Source: Macrostomum hystrix
Taxonomy: Eukaryota; Animalia; Platyhelminthes
Assembly: GCA_950097015.1 (NCBI GenBank)
Contig: CATNEN010000005.1
Coordinates: forward strand, 5,332,001-5,396,000
Direction: 5' to 3'
DNA length: 64,000 nucleotides
Of this stretch, positions 62,601-64,000 are shown piece after piece. The notes below the pieces were generated by a model. The model was not told the DNA's origin. It saw nothing but the letters and a program-made list of their open reading frames with translations, and did not search any database. The stretch's first letter is position 1; each line of letters begins with the position of its first letter. Both the position numbers and the translations under genes were made by a program.

Positions 62601-64000
62601 TAACTGTCGTTTGGTGTTGCTGTCGTTTAGGACGCAACACTCGCCTTTTTTATAGAAAAACATGTAAAAGCCACTTTTCTCGAAAAGTAAATATCCCGAA
62701 GAGTGTTAGTGTATGTTATCGTCATACCTTGGAAGCATATGGTTGAAAAGTATTGTGTGTTCATCAGGCACACAAAACTCCCACTTCTAGACAATGGGGA
62801 ACAATTGCCTAGGAATTCATAACAGTCACGTGACAACTACTGCAGTTGCTACTTCTTCCTTGGTAGTGAGTGGTTCGTAGTCTTCTGGGTCCTTGTAATC
62901 CGGCGGTTCTTCTTCTCCTTGTTCCGGACGACCGTGAAGTTTCGGGTCTGTTGCTTCTTTAGTCTTTGTAGTCTTATTGTCTTCTTTGTCTTCCTGGCAG
63001 CTGCTAGTCGATCCTGTCTGTTGCGCTTAAATTTGTCCGTTGGCCAATAAAGGACGAGAGAGAATCAGATCATTTGTCGGTTTCCTTGAGCTCGGAATTC
63101 ACAATAGAAACGTGCGCCCTAGTGAACAATTGAAATCTCTCTTGTGTCTCTTTAAAAGGTCCTCCTGAAGGGCGTCTTCTTCGTTACCTCCGAGAGACAA
63201 CGGATAACTCAAATCAATCAATCACTAATCCTCTAGGAATGTATCCTAGGAAACAGGGGGGCCTTTCTCAAATGTATCGACGATATGTGGCTCTCGTAAA
63301 ATTAGTTCAATTCAACAACGATTGCTAGCAATAAATAACTCTGTCTAGTAAAGCGCTTACCACCTGTCTTTCCCTCAGAGATGAGTCCTCTTCTCCGTAA
63401 AGCTGTCTGAATTTTTTAGCTCGGATTTTCGATAGTAAAAGTTTGGGAGAACCGGTTTAGGACCGGGTGTTTACTTAGGGCATACATGCTTGCATAGCGA
63501 GGTCAAGCTTGTTTGTTAATCTGCATTCTTGGGTTTTTAAGGTGAGCATTACCATGTATAGGAGTATGAGCAATACAGCTGTCGAGAACCGTTTTTCCGG
63601 CTTCAAGTCACATGACTTTGTTTGCATATGAGTCATCATGACTCATTCCTAAAAATAGAGTAAAAGTTATAGCTTAGGTTTCCTTGTGTTATTACTTTAA
63701 GTAGCGCGTTAAACAAATGGCATATTTTACTACTTTTTACAGGGTAACACACTAGCTATAAGACTATGCTATTAGTAAGCCCTGAATGCTATAATATAAT
63801 ATAAGGTGGGATAATTTTATAGGTTCCCGCAAAAGAAGCACCTTTCCGTTAAAAAAAGGAATCGTTTCGAAAAGTGAAAATAGAAGTAGATTTCGATGTA
63901 CATTTAGGTCCATTACGATTTCGGACTGAGAAACATACTGTCGGTTCTGCGGACTCTGGGCGAGGCGAGGCGCGCCAATCCGGCGGAATCGGAGCAGTCA
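50797..64000 (+). CDS. DNAH5: Axonemal outer-arm dynein heavy chain, DNAH5/DNAH8 (gamma) type, 3'-partial; exons join(50797..50847,53399..53533,54079..54166,54666..55025,55987..56327,56569..57237,57324..61736,62108..62491,63908..>64000)
   Basis: [58 protein letters not shown], linker domain, AAA1 Walker [36 protein letters not shown] all match DNAH5/8. All junctions are GT-AG and phase-consistent. Exon 1 ([17 protein letters not shown]|GTGAGT) is assigned by phase and position only. DNAH5 vs DNAH8 cannot be separated by eye. Confidence 0.92.
50942..52964 (-). mobile_element. Crypton-type (tyrosine recombinase) DNA transposon, ~2.0 kb, antisense in dynein intron 1
   Basis: 27-bp inverted repeats TTTCATTGTATCGCTATTTGACGATCA (50942-50968) and TGATCGTCCAATAGCGATACAATGAAA (52938-52964), one mismatch, enclose the recombinase gene. 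Confidence 0.8.
51205..52692 (-). CDS. DUF3504 / Crypton tyrosine recombinase; exons complement(join(51205..51499,51585..52692)) with one frameshift near 51712-51720
   Basis: [29 protein letters not shown] (N-domain), LGERGRE (R) and FLPRP. After a -1 shift: [20 protein letters not shown]|VTRI (HxxR split by an 85-nt GT-AG intron), [16 protein letters not shown] (H, Y). First ATG at 52692; the track start is TTG. Confidence 0.85.
52967..53065. other. Perfect 40-bp inverted repeat (hairpin/cruciform) abutting the Crypton end
   Basis: 52967-53006 (AAACAGCGGCCCCAGTGCGTGACAACGATTGTTTTGCGAG) is the exact reverse complement of 53026-53065, with a 19-nt spacer. Confidence 0.95.
53710..53888 (-). 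mobile_element. SINE-like repeat family B, second copy (dynein intron 2)
   Basis: Homologous to 31680-31858. The minus strand begins CGTGTCTGCCTCTCACACCAAGGTCACTGAGCACGATTCC (tRNA-like). Confidence 0.7.
54275..54506 (-). mobile_element. tRNA-derived SINE family A, internally deleted copy (dynein intron 3)
   Basis: Reverse complement shares GAAGGTCGGGGGTTCGATTCCC, GTGTCCTTTAGCAAGACACTTAACTCTGCATTGC and GGCAGGTGTAATCAATTATT with 43810-44141. Confidence 0.85.
55068..55920. repeat. 16-bp minisatellite (TGTCTCGAGTGTCTT[C/T])n grading into 17-bp (TGTCCATCTCTAGTGTC)n, dynein intron 4
   Basis: Tandem copies between the exon-4 donor (55026) and exon-5 acceptor (55986). It inflates ORF 54668..55810. 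Confidence 0.96.

Overview
This is eukaryotic (animal) genomic DNA with GT-AG introns. The dense 13-38 bp minisatellites, GC-rich exons and an outer-arm dynein suggest a free-living flatworm such as Macrostomum; that assignment is inference. The first ~25 kb is mostly tandem repeats, and the long ORFs in the track there are repeat artefacts. Five host genes can be reconstructed by hand. On the minus strand: BRIX1 (intronless), glomulin/GLMN (3 exons) and a GPI-anchored Ly6/quiver-like gene (2 exons). On the plus strand: CDC73/parafibromin (5 exons, exon 1 lying 9.4 kb upstream of exon 2) and a DNAH5/8-type dynein heavy chain (9 exons seen, running off the window). CDC73 intron 1 holds a nest of elements: a foldback-like element, a Mutator-type transposase gene fused by splicing to SWIM, Ulp1-like protease and PHD domains, a 9-bp-TSD MITE and a SINE. 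Dynein intron 1 holds a Crypton-type tyrosine recombinase element bounded by 27-bp inverted repeats and abutting a 40-bp perfect hairpin. Main leads: (1) BRIX1 and GLMN form a tight same-strand pair whose reading frames start directly after a TTGCAG acceptor with no genomic ATG there, as expected for an SL trans-spliced operon where the leader's terminal AUG supplies the start codon. (2) The protease plus PHD Mutator transposase. (3) Two Mutator-type ends sit at the same position of the 69-bp foldback repeat. (4) The Crypton end and hairpin architecture. (5) An hAT MITE carries the seed of a 16-bp minisatellite that is expanded elsewhere in the window.
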